A stretch of DNA of 64,000 nucleotides. It comes from Macrostomum lignano (taxonomy: Eukaryota). The notes under the pieces are model-generated. The model was not told the DNA's origin and did not search any database. It saw only the letters and a program-made list of their open reading frames with translations. Below, piece by piece: positions 1 to 11,259 of this stretch; position 1 is the stretch's first letter, and every line of letters begins with the position of its first letter. The stretch lies in the NCBI GenBank assembly GCA_002269645.1, contig NIVC01000168.1, forward strand, positions 661,297 to 725,296, in the 5' to 3' direction. Position numbers and translations under genes: made by a program.

Positions 1-623
1 AGATTTGAGTGCGAACCTGGGGCATCCTGTTGAAAACGTTACCGTGATAAGAATCGCTAGAGTCGTTGCAATCAGCTCACCAGTGACTAGCGACTCTGGT
101 GACTTTTTAACGACCTAAATGACTGCAATGCTGAAGTTTTTTGAGTTCCTGTCCATGGGAAATAGTCGATGTCTTGTGGATTCATCTTTGCTGCAGCATT
201 GCAAGCTGGGTTTTTTTAAGCGTCAGAATCACAATGCCATCTGGAATCCTGGGTCCAAATTCAGCATGCCAAGTTGAAAACGGGGATGCCAGATGGGCAT
301 CGGTCAAAGAAGTTCGAAATCAAATCAAATACCAACATCTCTACAATTTCCTTTACATCTCTAAGAAACAGAAACAGAAGTTTCACAAGTCTGCAGACTG
401 CATGTTAGTGTTTACAGATTACTCAATTTTGATCAATTGATATAAAAGTCTTGAAATCTCAGGAGTTACATAATAATTGCTACTTTAAATGAAGTATAAG
501 TTTTAGCTAAGTATGCGCTGAACTCGATTGAACTCGCCATCTAGCCTAAAAAACGTAGTGTCGTAGTGTGCCAAAATTAAGTCATGACACGCGCTATGAC
601 AGCCCCAGTGAGTCGCTTTTAAG

Positions 624-957
624 AGCTCGAATCTTCATAAGCTCGAATCTTCATAAGCTCGAATCTTAATAAGCTCGAATCTTAATAAGCTCGAATCCTC
701 ATAAGCTCGAATCTTCATAAGCTCGAATCTTCATTAACTCGAATCTTCATAAGCTCGAATCTTCATAAGCTCGAATCTTAATAAGCTCGAATCTTAATAA
801 GCTCGAATCCTCATAAGCTCGAATCTTCATAAGCTCGAATCTTCATTAACTCGAATCTTCATAAGCTCGAATCTTCATAAGCTCGAATCTTCATAAGCTC
901 GAATCTTCATAAGCTAGAATCCTCATAAGCTCGAATCTTCATAAGCTCGAATCTTAA
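624..957. repeat. 16-bp minisatellite (GCTCGAATCTTCATAA)n
   Basis: About 20 tandem copies with minor variants, read directly. Confidence 0.95.
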
Positions 958-2451
958 TGCCCCCAGCCCAGTGTTCAAGCCAAAGATCATCTGTATGCCT
1001 CTGTGCCAGTAAACTAGCTGGTATTTTCCATGATCAGCTATGATCTGCTCTCTTAGGTAGTTCAGCTTTAGGTAGCAAGCCGCCAGCAGAGCCTGTCTGA
1101 AGCATCTGCTAGGGGATGCGAGGAAGGTCAGGCACTGTGTGGGCGGGTTTATGCCTTTGTCCCAAGCTGGCAAACTGCCTGCAGTCTGGGCCCAACTTTG
1201 CCGCATAAGGATTTATGATGCAGCTGGCCTTAGTCCCTGTATATGCGTTCGCAGGCCCCCCCGCACACGCTCATCCAGTGTTTGCGCGCGCGTGTGTCAT
1301 CATTGCGGAAACTTCGGAAAGTCCTGGCCTATCTTCTTTTAGAAGCAGTACAATTGCAGTGAACCAGCAGAATTGTTTGCTTCAGCTTCTCGGGGAGGCA
1401 GCAGAAGCAGCAGCACTTCAAATATAGGGAATAATCGGCGGCGTCACATTCTGCCACCTTTCAGCCTCTCGGTCTGTCTGACCTTCTGTCTGAGGCTGAA
1501 GCAGCTGCCAACTTTCGGCAGCAAATATTTTAGGGAGGCCTCTCCGTTGATTACTTTAATTCAAATTCCTTTGGCTCTCTCTGCTTTTAGAAACAAAATA
1601 ATATGTTAGAAGCCAGGAATTTCGCATTATTTTATAGTTTTAATGGTTCAAATATGAGAAAAAAATTCCAATTGAAATTAGGTTAGGATAGGATGGAATA
1701 GAACAGCAGACTCTGTTCCTTCAGAGAAAAAGCATTTGTGCTGTTCTTTGTACTTTTTGTAGCTTTTCAGGCAAAGACGCTGTTAAAACTGAACTTGAAT
1801 TCGGGTGTTCGAGCTGAATGAAAAGTATGGTCTATTACAATATAGTGTTGGTTAGTTCAAAAGTGTAACCTGCACTTCTTACAGAGACGCTTTTTTCAAA
1901 TTCTTTCCTGTCTGGTCCGAAGTATTACTTCTGATTTCTATTTGAAGTGCCCGTTGCGCAGATGCTTGCAGTTTTTACTTTCATTGGATCCTTCTTAGTT
2001 TATAAGATTTTTATTAGTGCCTGTTTTTAGTTGAACATCGTCTGTTTATCGTCTATATATGGAATTTCTGCTTTAGTACCTGTCCCAGTCCATCACTGGC
2101 CTTTGCGAACCTGCTGTCCCTCGCTCTGTGGCCCAAAATCGTTCTATCGAAATTGCAATCTCCTGTATGCCGTATCACTGATTAGCTTCCGTCTGCCGTG
2201 ATTCCCGTGTTTTTTGGGTGCATTAACGAATCAGCCTTTTAAATTAGTTTATTGTTCTATGTAACTTCAGTAAGCTTTGTTTATCCAACTGGTTCCAGAA
2301 TGCCCCGATAAATTTAATTGATTTGTCATTTCAATGCGTCTTGCCGAGACATTTTATTAGTACATGTGCACTTTATTGTGAACTTGAAAACCTCACAATA
2401 GCCGCTGTTATCGAGCTGCCATCTTAGTAGCCAAACTTGTTTTATCATATA

Positions 2452-3079
2452 AGAAGCCTGAGAGCTGTCCTATCAGTAGCCTAAAGGCTGTCATATCAGT
2501 AGCCTGAGAGCTGTCATAAGTAGCCTGAGAGCTGTCATAAGTAGCCTGAGAGCTGTCATAAGTAGCCTGAGAGCTGTCATAAGTAGCCTGAGAGCTGTCC
2601 TATCAGTAGCCTGAGAGCTGTCATATCAGTAGCCTGAGAGCTGTCATAAGTAGCCTGAGAGCTGTCATAAGTAGCCTGAGAGCTGTCATATCAGTAGCCT
2701 GAGAGCTGTCATATCAGTAGCCTAAGAGCTGTCATATCAGTAGCCTAAAGGCTGTCATATCAGTAGCCTGAGAGCTGTCATAAGTAGCCTGAGAGCTGTC
2801 ATAAGTAGCCTGAGAGCTGTCCTATCAGTAGCCTGAGAGCTGTCATATCAGTAGCCTGAGAGCTGTCATAAGTAGCCTGAGAGCTGTCATAAGTAGCCTG
2901 AGAGCTGTCATATCAGTAGCCTGAGAGCTGTCATATCAGTAGCCTAAGAGCTGTCATATCAGTAGCCTAAAGGCTGTCCTATCAGTAGCCTAAGAGCTGT
3001 CATATCAGTAGCCTAAAGGCTGTCCTATCAGTAGCCTAAGAGCTGTCATATCAGTAGCCTAAGAGCTGTCATAAGTAGC
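2452..3079. repeat. 21/23-bp minisatellite (AGTAGCCTGAGAGCTGTCATA / ...CATATC)
   Basis: Tandem copies in two interspersed length variants. Confidence 0.95.
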
Positions 3080-3519
3080 CAACTGGTTGTATTGAATTAT
3101 CCAATAGTTGATGATCCGTTGTCCAGAAATAAGTAGTTAACTCGAATATTAGCTTTATTAAGGAGGTAGAAGTTCTATCAGCAATTTATTCTATTGTCTG
3201 ATTTGGCCTACTGCCTACCTTTTGTTCTATGATAAAGCAGACACCTGTAAGCGTGCTCTCAATGCCTTTTCCGAAATCGTTCTAGTATGCAAGTCACCTG
3301 AGGATTCTACTTTTCTAAGCTTTGTGAGTTACGAGTATATTGGCGCGATTCTACAGAAAGCTCAACAAGCAATGAAACTATTAATTTTGCTAGGCATGTA
3401 TAGTCAGAAATGAAGCTACTAAAATGTTCATAAAGCGCTGTTAAAACAGCCTGAGCGTCAATCATCAATGTTCGTTCTGCATGTAAAAACTTTAAAAAAC
3501 TCTATAGTTGTAAGCGGCT

Positions 3520-5190
3520 TTACAGTTCCGCGGTCAGTAGGGCGCCATCTCCTTGCATCTCGTCCGTTTCCTCATCCATCACAATCTTGACTCTGTCCGA
3601 AGCAGCAGCCGCTTGAGTTCCATTGCTGGTCTCCTTGAATTCGAAGACTCTCGAGTCGGTGTCCCCGGTCCTCGCCGTGTATCCGATCAGCCGGATCTGC
3701 TCCAGCTCGCCTCGCTCTATTCCCGCTCTTGCGGCCACTTGTCCCATTGCTGATGCCGCAGTTGCACTCTTACCGCTGCCCAGTTGCGGCGAAGCGGCCG
3801 GACATCCGGTTATGACCGCCGTGCCGGTCAGCTTTAAACGCGCCGCCGCGGCCATCCGCCGACGCGAATGACAGCAATAAGCGGCTATCAGGACTCCGCC
3901 TAGAAAAGCGCCTGCGGTTAGCAGCGTGGTGCCGATGACGCCCTGCCGATCCATGCCCGGACCGTTGACCTCGACAGTTTTACCTGTCATTTTTGTCAAA
4001 AGATTTTCGGTGTTGTCTCGTTGATTCGGCAGGATATGAGCTGTTGCATTCTTGCTGTTTGTAGGTGTAGTTGAAGCAATAGTCGATGGACTTGGCGATA
4101 TTTGTTTTTGAGATTGGCAGACATCGGCACAAACATTGTCCTGACTGTCATTGACTTGACTACACCGTTGTTCAGCCCGAGCAGTGTATTTAATGACAGC
4201 ATCGCCAACATCTGCGCAGAACTCTTCAGCGTAATCCATTGCTAGTTGATCAGCCACGAGATTGGCAATTGAAATGCCGTTCAGTTGCAAGTGGCCGCTG
4301 GGCCATACGGCGCACAGTGCCACTTGCTGCTTTAAGACAAGTCGCTGCACTACTGCCTCGACTGCCTCGCCAGGCGATGGCTGAACGCGCAGGCTAGTGA
4401 TGTTAGCGAGACTGATCAATGGTTGCCATAGAAATGCTAGACTGGAATCAATATCAAGGTAGCGCAATGAGGCGCCCACGCTGCAAAATATGACATCGGC
4501 ATTGCCTCCTAGCGTTGCTGGAGTTTGGGTTGGTAGTTCTAGCCGCACCAGTGCCGGCAGTTCGGACGCTCCGCCAAGTGACTTGAGGCGAGGGCTGCCA
4601 CTAATTCTTAGCTCGGTTAGTCCGACCAACTCATCCAACGCGCCCGTTTGAATGCAGACAAGATCAAAGTTGTCAGTCAGGCGTAGGCTGACGAGCTGGT
4701 TTGCTAAGCCCGAATCCGAAGACTCCATCCACGAAGGAGTGCTAAAGAGGCCGCGCTGCAGGCAGGTGGCATTGCTCTCTGCCAGCTCCAGCCTGTTCAG
4801 CTGGCGCAGCCGGTGCAACGCCGTCAAGTCCAGACTGTCTCGCTGGCGCAGGCGGCGCAATGACAGCGCGTCGACTTTGTCTGAGCTTTCGACTTGAAAG
4901 GCGTCAGGCGACAGATGGTTGATGGCCTCCTCCTTTGTCAGCGGCGGGCTGAGTGTCCACACCGGCCGGCCGTGCCAGGCGGTGGCGCCACTCACCGGGA
5001 TGAAGATTTTGCGCTGAACAGTGTACCCAGCGGCTGCGTAGGCTTCTACGGCGCTTGATGTTCGACAGTCCAGGATGCTTGCGTTATCTGGTCCGCGTTG
5101 GTAGAAGCCGCAGCCAAACGCGTCTGCGAATGGTGGAGCAATCGCTAACACGAGCAGCTGCGACGCAATGATAATTCCTAATTTCGGCAT
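3520..5190 (-). CDS. Single-exon leucine-rich-repeat type I transmembrane protein, 556 aa
   Basis: N-terminal signal peptide (MPKLGIIIASQLLVLAIAPPFADA). LRR-like segments (LRQLNRLELAES, LVSLRLTDNFDLVCIQTGALDELVGLTELRISGSPRLKSL, LRYLDIDS). S/T-rich stalk, then a TM helix GVIGTTLLTAGAFLGGVLIAAYCC followed by the basic stop-transfer SRRR, and a cytoplasmic tail of about 115 aa. Confidence 0.8.
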   Translation of the reverse strand: MPKLGIIIASQLLVLAIAPPFADAFGCGFYQRGPDNASILDCRTSSAVEAYAAAGYTVQRKIFIPVSGATAWHGRPVWTLSPPLTKEEAINHLSPDAFQVESSDKVDALSLRRLRQRDSLDLTALHRLRQLNRLELAESNATCLQRGLFSTPSWMESSDSGLANQLVSLRLTDNFDLVCIQTGALDELVGLTELRISGSPRLKSLGGASELPALVRLELPTQTPATLGGNADVIFCSVGASLRYLDIDSSLAFLWQPLISLANITSLRVQPSPGEAVEAVVQRLVLKQQVALCAVWPSGHLQLNGISIANLVADQLAMDYAEEFCADVGDAVIKYTARAEQRCSQVNDSQDNVCADVCQSQKQISPSPSTIASTTPTNSKNATAHILPNQRDNTENLLTKMTGKTVEVNGPGMDRQGVIGTTLLTAGAFLGGVLIAAYCCHSRRRMAAAARLKLTGTAVITGCPAASPQLGSGKSATAASAMGQVAARAGIERGELEQIRLIGYTARTGDTDSRVFEFKETSNGTQAAAASDRVKIVMDEETDEMQGDGALLTAEL

Positions 5191-5937
5191 TGCTGAATCC
5201 TTTCGTACTCGTTGATCAGTTGCTTTGTCAACAGTTGCTTAGCAGTTACTTTTCATTGTCGGTATTTCTCCTGAAAATGGGAAAAAGCAAATGGTTGTTT
5301 TCATTTGTTTTGGCTGTAATGGTGCAACACCAGAGTCATGCATACAGTGAATCTTTAGTATAGAAGCTTTCCTAGTCGTTACTATCCTGATCTCAGGAAT
5401 AGAATCAACTTTTGTTATGTCGCATTGGTTCGTGTGCACTATTAAATTCTTTTGGCTACGGCCTTGCCTTTTATTTCTTATACTTTCTCTGCAGAATGTG
5501 TTCTCGAGGAACTAAGTACAGACTCAAGTTTGCACAGCTGTAACCCTAGCTTTGTGTTCAAGTGCCAATCAATTTTGTGAATTTGTCGAGTAATTCTAGT
5601 TTAGTTAGGCCTTATATAACTATCGAGGCGTGTCTTGCTTACCGGCTTAATTGTTGTCAGAAGGCTTCGTTTATAATCCAAGGTAGAAAAGAATGAGGGC
5701 TGGACCTCTACCTTCAACTAAATAGAAGACTTTACAGTGGCTTCAGAATTCTGCCACTTAAATATGCGGCCATTGTTGAGTCTGCATGCCTGCACTCTGA
5801 TTGGGCCGACACTTTGCCGAGCCAATAGCCAAGTCGCATTTAACCCTCAAAGATTTCTCCGCTGGCAAGTTTTTTACCCTATGAAGAGGCTGGGAGATTT
5901 TGGTCAGCAAGCATCATAACTTGCGTGCTTGTCAGTC

Positions 5938-6512
5938 AGATTTTCATTATCCATTTTGCAGCTTCTGTCTGCTAAGTTCCCGTCAATCAATGTGCCAGCT
6001 GGGGGGGCATGCAACAGAAAATTGCAATTCTCCTGGCTCCAGTTGGCAACCACTATGGGAATTCTTTTGCTTTCATTATTGCTTGTAGCACCGATGTACT
6101 TTTAGTCTAAGAGTTTGCCAACTGGAGATAATGGAGATTTTCATTATCCATTTTGCAGCTTCTGTCTGCTAAGTTCCCGTCAATCAATGTGCCAGCTGGG
6201 GGGGCATGCAACAGAAAATTGCAATTCTCCTGGCTCCAGTTGGCAACCACTATGGGAATTCTTTTGCTTTCATTATTGCTTGTAGCACCGATGTACTTTT
6301 AGTCTAAGAGTTTGCCAACTGGAGATAATGGAGATTTTCATTATCCATTTTGCAGCTTCTGTCTGCTAAGTTCCCGTCAATCAATGTGCCAGCTGGGGGG
6401 GCATGCAACAGAAAATTGCAATTCTCCTGGCTCCAGTTGGCAACCACTATGGGAATTCTTTTGCTTTCATTATTGCTTGTAGCACCGATGTACTTTTAGT
6501 CTAAGAGTTTGC
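5938..6512. repeat. 197-bp tandem repeat, about 2.9 copies
   Basis: TTTTCATTATCCATTTTGCAGC recurs at 5941, 6138 and 6335. Confidence 0.95.
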
Positions 6513-6905
6513 CGTCTCGGATCGCAGCCGATGCGATGGACTCTAATCTGATTCATTCGCCGCCTTAATCAGCGTTTTTGGCTGTGAGACCGGGCCAAAG
6601 TTGCTCCTCTGGGTTTTTTGCCCCCCCCCGTCACTGCTGCTGAAAGATCCTTTGAGTCCGCGATTTGGCTTGCTTTGAGGATCGGCTCAGCGGGACTTTG
6701 CTGCACATCTCCGCTTGATTTGTCTTGTTCTGAGCCATGCATTTTTATTTATCACTATCCACCATCTCTGTGCTGTGCGCTCCACAATCAATGCTGCTCT
6801 CCATCATGCTCAGCTGCACTCTTGTGCTACTGAAGACTTTCAACTACCAGCTCTTCCGGCTTGCCTTCCCTTCTCTTGCTGCATTGGAGCTTAAAAATAG
6901 CTTAT

Positions 6906-7056
6906 GCCTGTCTGTCTGCCTGTCTGTCTGCCTGTCTGTCTGCCTGTCTGTCTGTCTATCTGTCTGCCTGCCTGTCTGTCTGTCTGCCTGCCTGTCTGTC
7001 TGTCTGTCTGTGTGTCTGTCTGTCTGTCTGCCTGTCTGTCTGTCTGTCTGCCTGCC

Positions 7057-7095
<39 letters not shown>

Positions 7096-7159
7096 GTGTG
7101 TGTGTGTGTCTGTCTGTGTGTGTGTGTGTGTGTGTCTGTCTGTCTGTCTGTCTGCCTGC

Positions 7160-7220
<61 letters not shown>

Positions 7221-7369
7221 GTCTGTCTGTCTGTCTGTCTGTTTATCTGTCTGCCTGCCTGCCTGCCTGCGTGTCTGCCTGTCTGTCTGTCTGTCTGTCT
7301 GTCTGTGTGTCTGTCTGTCTGTCTGTCTGTGTGTCTGTCTGTCTGTGTGTGTCTGTCTGAGTGTCTGTC

Positions 7370-7408
<39 letters not shown>

Positions 7409-7423
7409 GCCTTTCTGTCTGCC

Positions 7424-7466
<43 letters not shown>

Positions 7467-7511
7467 GTGTGTGTCTGTCTGTGTGTCTGTCTGTGTGTTT
7501 GTCTGTCTGCC
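6906..7511. repeat. (TCTG)n/(TG)n compound microsatellite
   Basis: Read directly; explains the overlapping CLSV/TDRQ ORFs. Confidence 0.97.
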
Positions 7512-8039
7512 TTTTCCATTCCCCGCTTTCAGGATGTAGCTACAAATTTCCCGCTTTAGCGATGAAAACTGAAATGATAGAGTTTATTCCGTCAATTTGA
7601 ATTTCGCGCAGACAGATCGCGCTACAGGCTAAATAAGTTTGTTGCGTGTTTTTTTACAAATAATCGCGCAACATTTTTTCCAGTTTTCCAAGCACCCGCA
7701 ACCGGGGGAAGGGCATTAATCTCCCTATCATTTATTTCAAGTCAAGCCCCGTTTGACCTCGCAGCCGGCAACTCATCTGTTCCTGCGCCAATTCTGTTCG
7801 CGCCTGCTTGCGCGTTACTTATTTTGATGCAGCACTTTTGCCGCCATGTCCATGGAGTGCCGGATAAAGAGTCTGTCTGGAGTGAAATACACTGTAGCTA
7901 GGTGATGCTTCTGATTAATGAATATTAATGGATTTCTCTTTCGCTCAATTAATTATTGTGCCGGGAACCCGCCTGACGGGCACTAAAAATGTATTTTTAT
8001 TTATGCGAAAATTTTTGCGAGTTTTTAATTGCTGTGTTT

Positions 8040-8108
<69 letters not shown>
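8040..8108. repeat. (CT)n microsatellite
   Basis: Read directly. Confidence 0.97.
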
Positions 8109-8111
<3 letters not shown>

Positions 8112-9335
8112 AGACCCGCCCTGTGCTCGCAGCTAAATGCAGCGCAATTCACTCAATGCCCACAACGCATGCGCAGTCGCACGCTTTCTTTCGGCCAAGC
8201 TCAGAGTACACCATGTCACTCTTAGTTGTTGAGAATTTTTTTGTTTGCTGTTCCGCCTGCTCAAGACAAATACAGGTCAGAACCGGTGAGTTGATACGAC
8301 AGAGTTGCTTACTTATGCTCATTGCTAATTGGCCAAGGACCGATCCTAGCACCAGGAAGTCCCGGGTTCGATCCTTACAAATTGATTAGAATACATGCAC
8401 TCAGAATATGCCTCATGATGAAGTTTTACTTGTGCTTAGAAGAAGCTGACCGCTGTATCGGCTCTATCGAAATTTATCGTATAATTTAATAAATAAATGC
8501 TCAATTTATTTGCAGATTGTAAAATTCAATTCGATAGTCTGTGAATAGCTCTTATATATCCTAAATATCTGGGATGCAATTAATTAATCTGGGGTGGGGG
8601 GGACTTGCCAGGAATGCAAGCATTCGCTCCATCCGGTTAATTCCGGTTTCGCTGCATCGCCAAGTCCTCTGGTTGCGGGTCAGATGAACAGGCGGATATC
8701 ATTTTTTCTTAGCGGCTGGCTTCGCTGAATTTTTCGGGTGTCAGTCTGCGGCTGAACGATGTGCCGATACACAGCTGATGTAGCTTGGAAGCTGCTGGAC
8801 ACAAGTGGAAAGGATTGTAAAGTGTTAAAAAAGGTAAAATGAGGGAAGTGTTGTTATCCCCGGCCTGGTGGTGCTGCCCGGGCGCTGTGCTGGCATTCCA
8901 CTCCCCTTCCCAGTTTCAAACAGCTGGCACTCAATCTTCTGCCTAATCTCCAGGCTTCATCCTGAAGCTGAGTGGCCCGACCTCTCCATTCACCCCAGGT
9001 ACCATTCAGTCTGGGGGTTGGGCAATCGATATGCACAGGTGTACGGGAGCAGACAGGGTGAATTGCAGTTTGTCTGGCATGCATTGTCCTGCTCTTACAC
9101 TCCCATCAACTCAATTAGTCTATTGTGCTCATCTACGGCAGTACTGCTGCATATTTGCGCCTCAATTTGCCTTCTCAGTGCTGTCCTCAGTTGCCCTCGC
9201 GTATTTTGCTGAGCTATTTGAGGTTGTCTGTCCATTGTTCAGCTTTAACTGTAAATTTTTGATACACTGCACTCGCTACTTGAAGTACTTATAGTTCAAG
9301 TAAACTCTTTCTACAATTCGATGTTTTTAATGCAG

Positions 9336-11259
9336 CATCGAGAACGCCGCAATTTCCTGGACCGTTCACCGCGCAGGACGAGCTGCAGCGGTCAGCTGAC
9401 TGCCAGCTGAACACCTCCGTCAGTGGAGCCGCAGTTCACGCCTCGTACACCTTTGCCGAGTTTGCTAGCTCAACTGCCGACTCGTCGGTAGCTGCGACCT
9501 CCACGACTACCGAACAGACGGAGAACAGCTTGGAAAGTTCTGTTAGGTCCGATACGGAATTGATGACCAGGAGTGAGTTCGAGTTTAGCGAATAGTTCAG
9601 TCTTCCGATATGTGTCGAAACTAGCTTCTCCCTCTACCCGATATGTATCGAAACTAGCTGTTCCTTCTATCCGATATGTATCGAAACTAGCTGTTCCTTC
9701 TATCCGATATGTATCGAAACTAGCTGTTCCTTCTATCCGATATGTGTCGAAACTAGCTGTTCCTTCTATCCGATATGTATCGAAACTAGCTATTCCTTCT
9801 ATCCGATATGTATCGAAACTAGCTATTCCTTCTATCCGATACGTATCGAAACTAGCTATTCCTTCTATCCGATATGTGTCGAAACTAGCTGTTCCTTCTA
9901 TCCGATATGTATCGAAACTAGCTATTCCTTCTATCCGATATGTGTCGAAACTAGCTGTTCCTTCTATCCGATATGTATCGAAACTAGCTGTTCCTTCTAT
10001 CCGATATGTATCGAAACTAGCTATTCCTTCTATCCGATATTTATCGAAACTAGCTGTTCCTTCTATCCGATATGTATCGAAACTAGCTATTCCTTCTATC
10101 CGATATGTATCGAAACTAGCTGTTCTTTCTATCCGATATGTATCAAAACTAGCTGTTCCTTCTATCCGATATGTATCGAAACTAGCTGTTCCTTCTATCC
10201 GATATGTATCGAAACTAGCTGTTCCTTCTATCCGATATGTATCGAAACTAGCTGTTCTTTCTACCCGATATGTATCGAAACTAGCTGTTCTTTCTACCCG
10301 ATGTGTATCGAAACTAGCTGTTCCTTCTATCCGATATGTATCTAAACTAGCTGTTCTTTCTACCCGATGTGTATCGAAACTAGCTGTTCCTTCTATCCGA
10401 TATGTATCGAAACTAGCTGTTCCTTCTATCCGATATGTATCGAAACTAGCTGTTCCTTCTATCCGATATGTATCAAAACTAGCTGTTCCTTCTATCCGAT
10501 ATGTATCAAAACTAGCTGTTCCTTCTATCCGATATGTATCGAAACTAGCTGTTCTTTCTACCCGATGTGTATCGAAACTAGCTGTTCCTTCTATCCGATA
10601 TGTATCGAAACTAGCTGTTCTTTCTACCCGATGTGTATCGAAACTAGCTGTTCCTTCTATCCGATATGTATCTAAACTAGCTGTTCTTTCTACCCGATAT
10701 GTATCTAAACTAGCTGTTCTTTCTACCCGATGTGTATCGAAACTAGCTGTTCCTTCTATCCGATATGTATCTAAACTAGCTGTTCTTTCTACCCGATGTG
10801 TATCGAAACTAGCTGTTCTTTCTACCCGATGTGTATCTAAACTAGCTGTTCTTTCTACCCGATGTGTATCGAAACTAGCTGTTCTTTCTACCCGATGTGT
10901 ATCGAAACTAGCTGTTCTTTCTACCCGATATGTATCGAAACTAGCTGTTCTTTCTACCCGATGTGTATCGAAACTAGCTTTACCTCTTACAAGTTCGTGA
11001 ACCAAAGGCGCTGTACTGTCATTTAACTTATTATTATACAGACGATTCATCGCGAAAGACGCCGCTGGCTCGAATCCGCGCCTCATTTCGAAGTTTCATG
11101 GGCGGCGCTGGAGGCGGCGGCAGACCGACGGCGGCATCCTCAGCGCCCCCCAAGCTGGCCCGCGATCAGTGGCACCGCCGGGCTTGTCGCAGGCGCCGGG
11201 TCAGAAACCGAAATGATGGGGACGGACTCTGCTGCGACTTGTATAACAATGAGCAATAA
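9336..11259 (+). CDS. Last two coding exons of an unknown Ser/Thr-rich protein (9336-9572, 11042-11259)
   Basis: Acceptor TTTTAATGCAG at 9335, open frame SRTPQFPGPF...ELMTR, donor A|GTGAGT at 9573 (phase 1). Acceptor TTATACAG at 11041 is phase-compatible and gives DSSRKTPLARIRASFRSFMGG...NNEQ then stop TAA at 11257-11259. Possible upstream exons (GCCGCCATG at 7846-7901, then 8114 onward) are not firmly resolved. Confidence 0.6.
9605..10980. repeat. 33-bp minisatellite (CCGATATGTATCGAAACTAGCTGTTCCTTCTAT)n, intronic
   Basis: About 41 tandem copies inside intron 9573-11041. Confidence 0.95.

Noticed and set aside
907-1609. Short ORFs near the window start, some protein-like (CFRQALLAACYLKLNYLREQ)
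   Set aside because: No recognisable family, stops in all frames, and no consistent splice model.
6737-7559. Cys/Leu/Ser/Val-rich and TDRQ ORFs of about 190-230 aa
   Set aside because: Translations of the (TCTG)n microsatellite.
9470-11086. 538-aa (minus) and 475-aa (plus) 11-aa repeat proteins; CRISPR-like appearance
   Set aside because: Pure 33-bp tandem repeat with no unique spacers, lying inside a phase-consistent intron.
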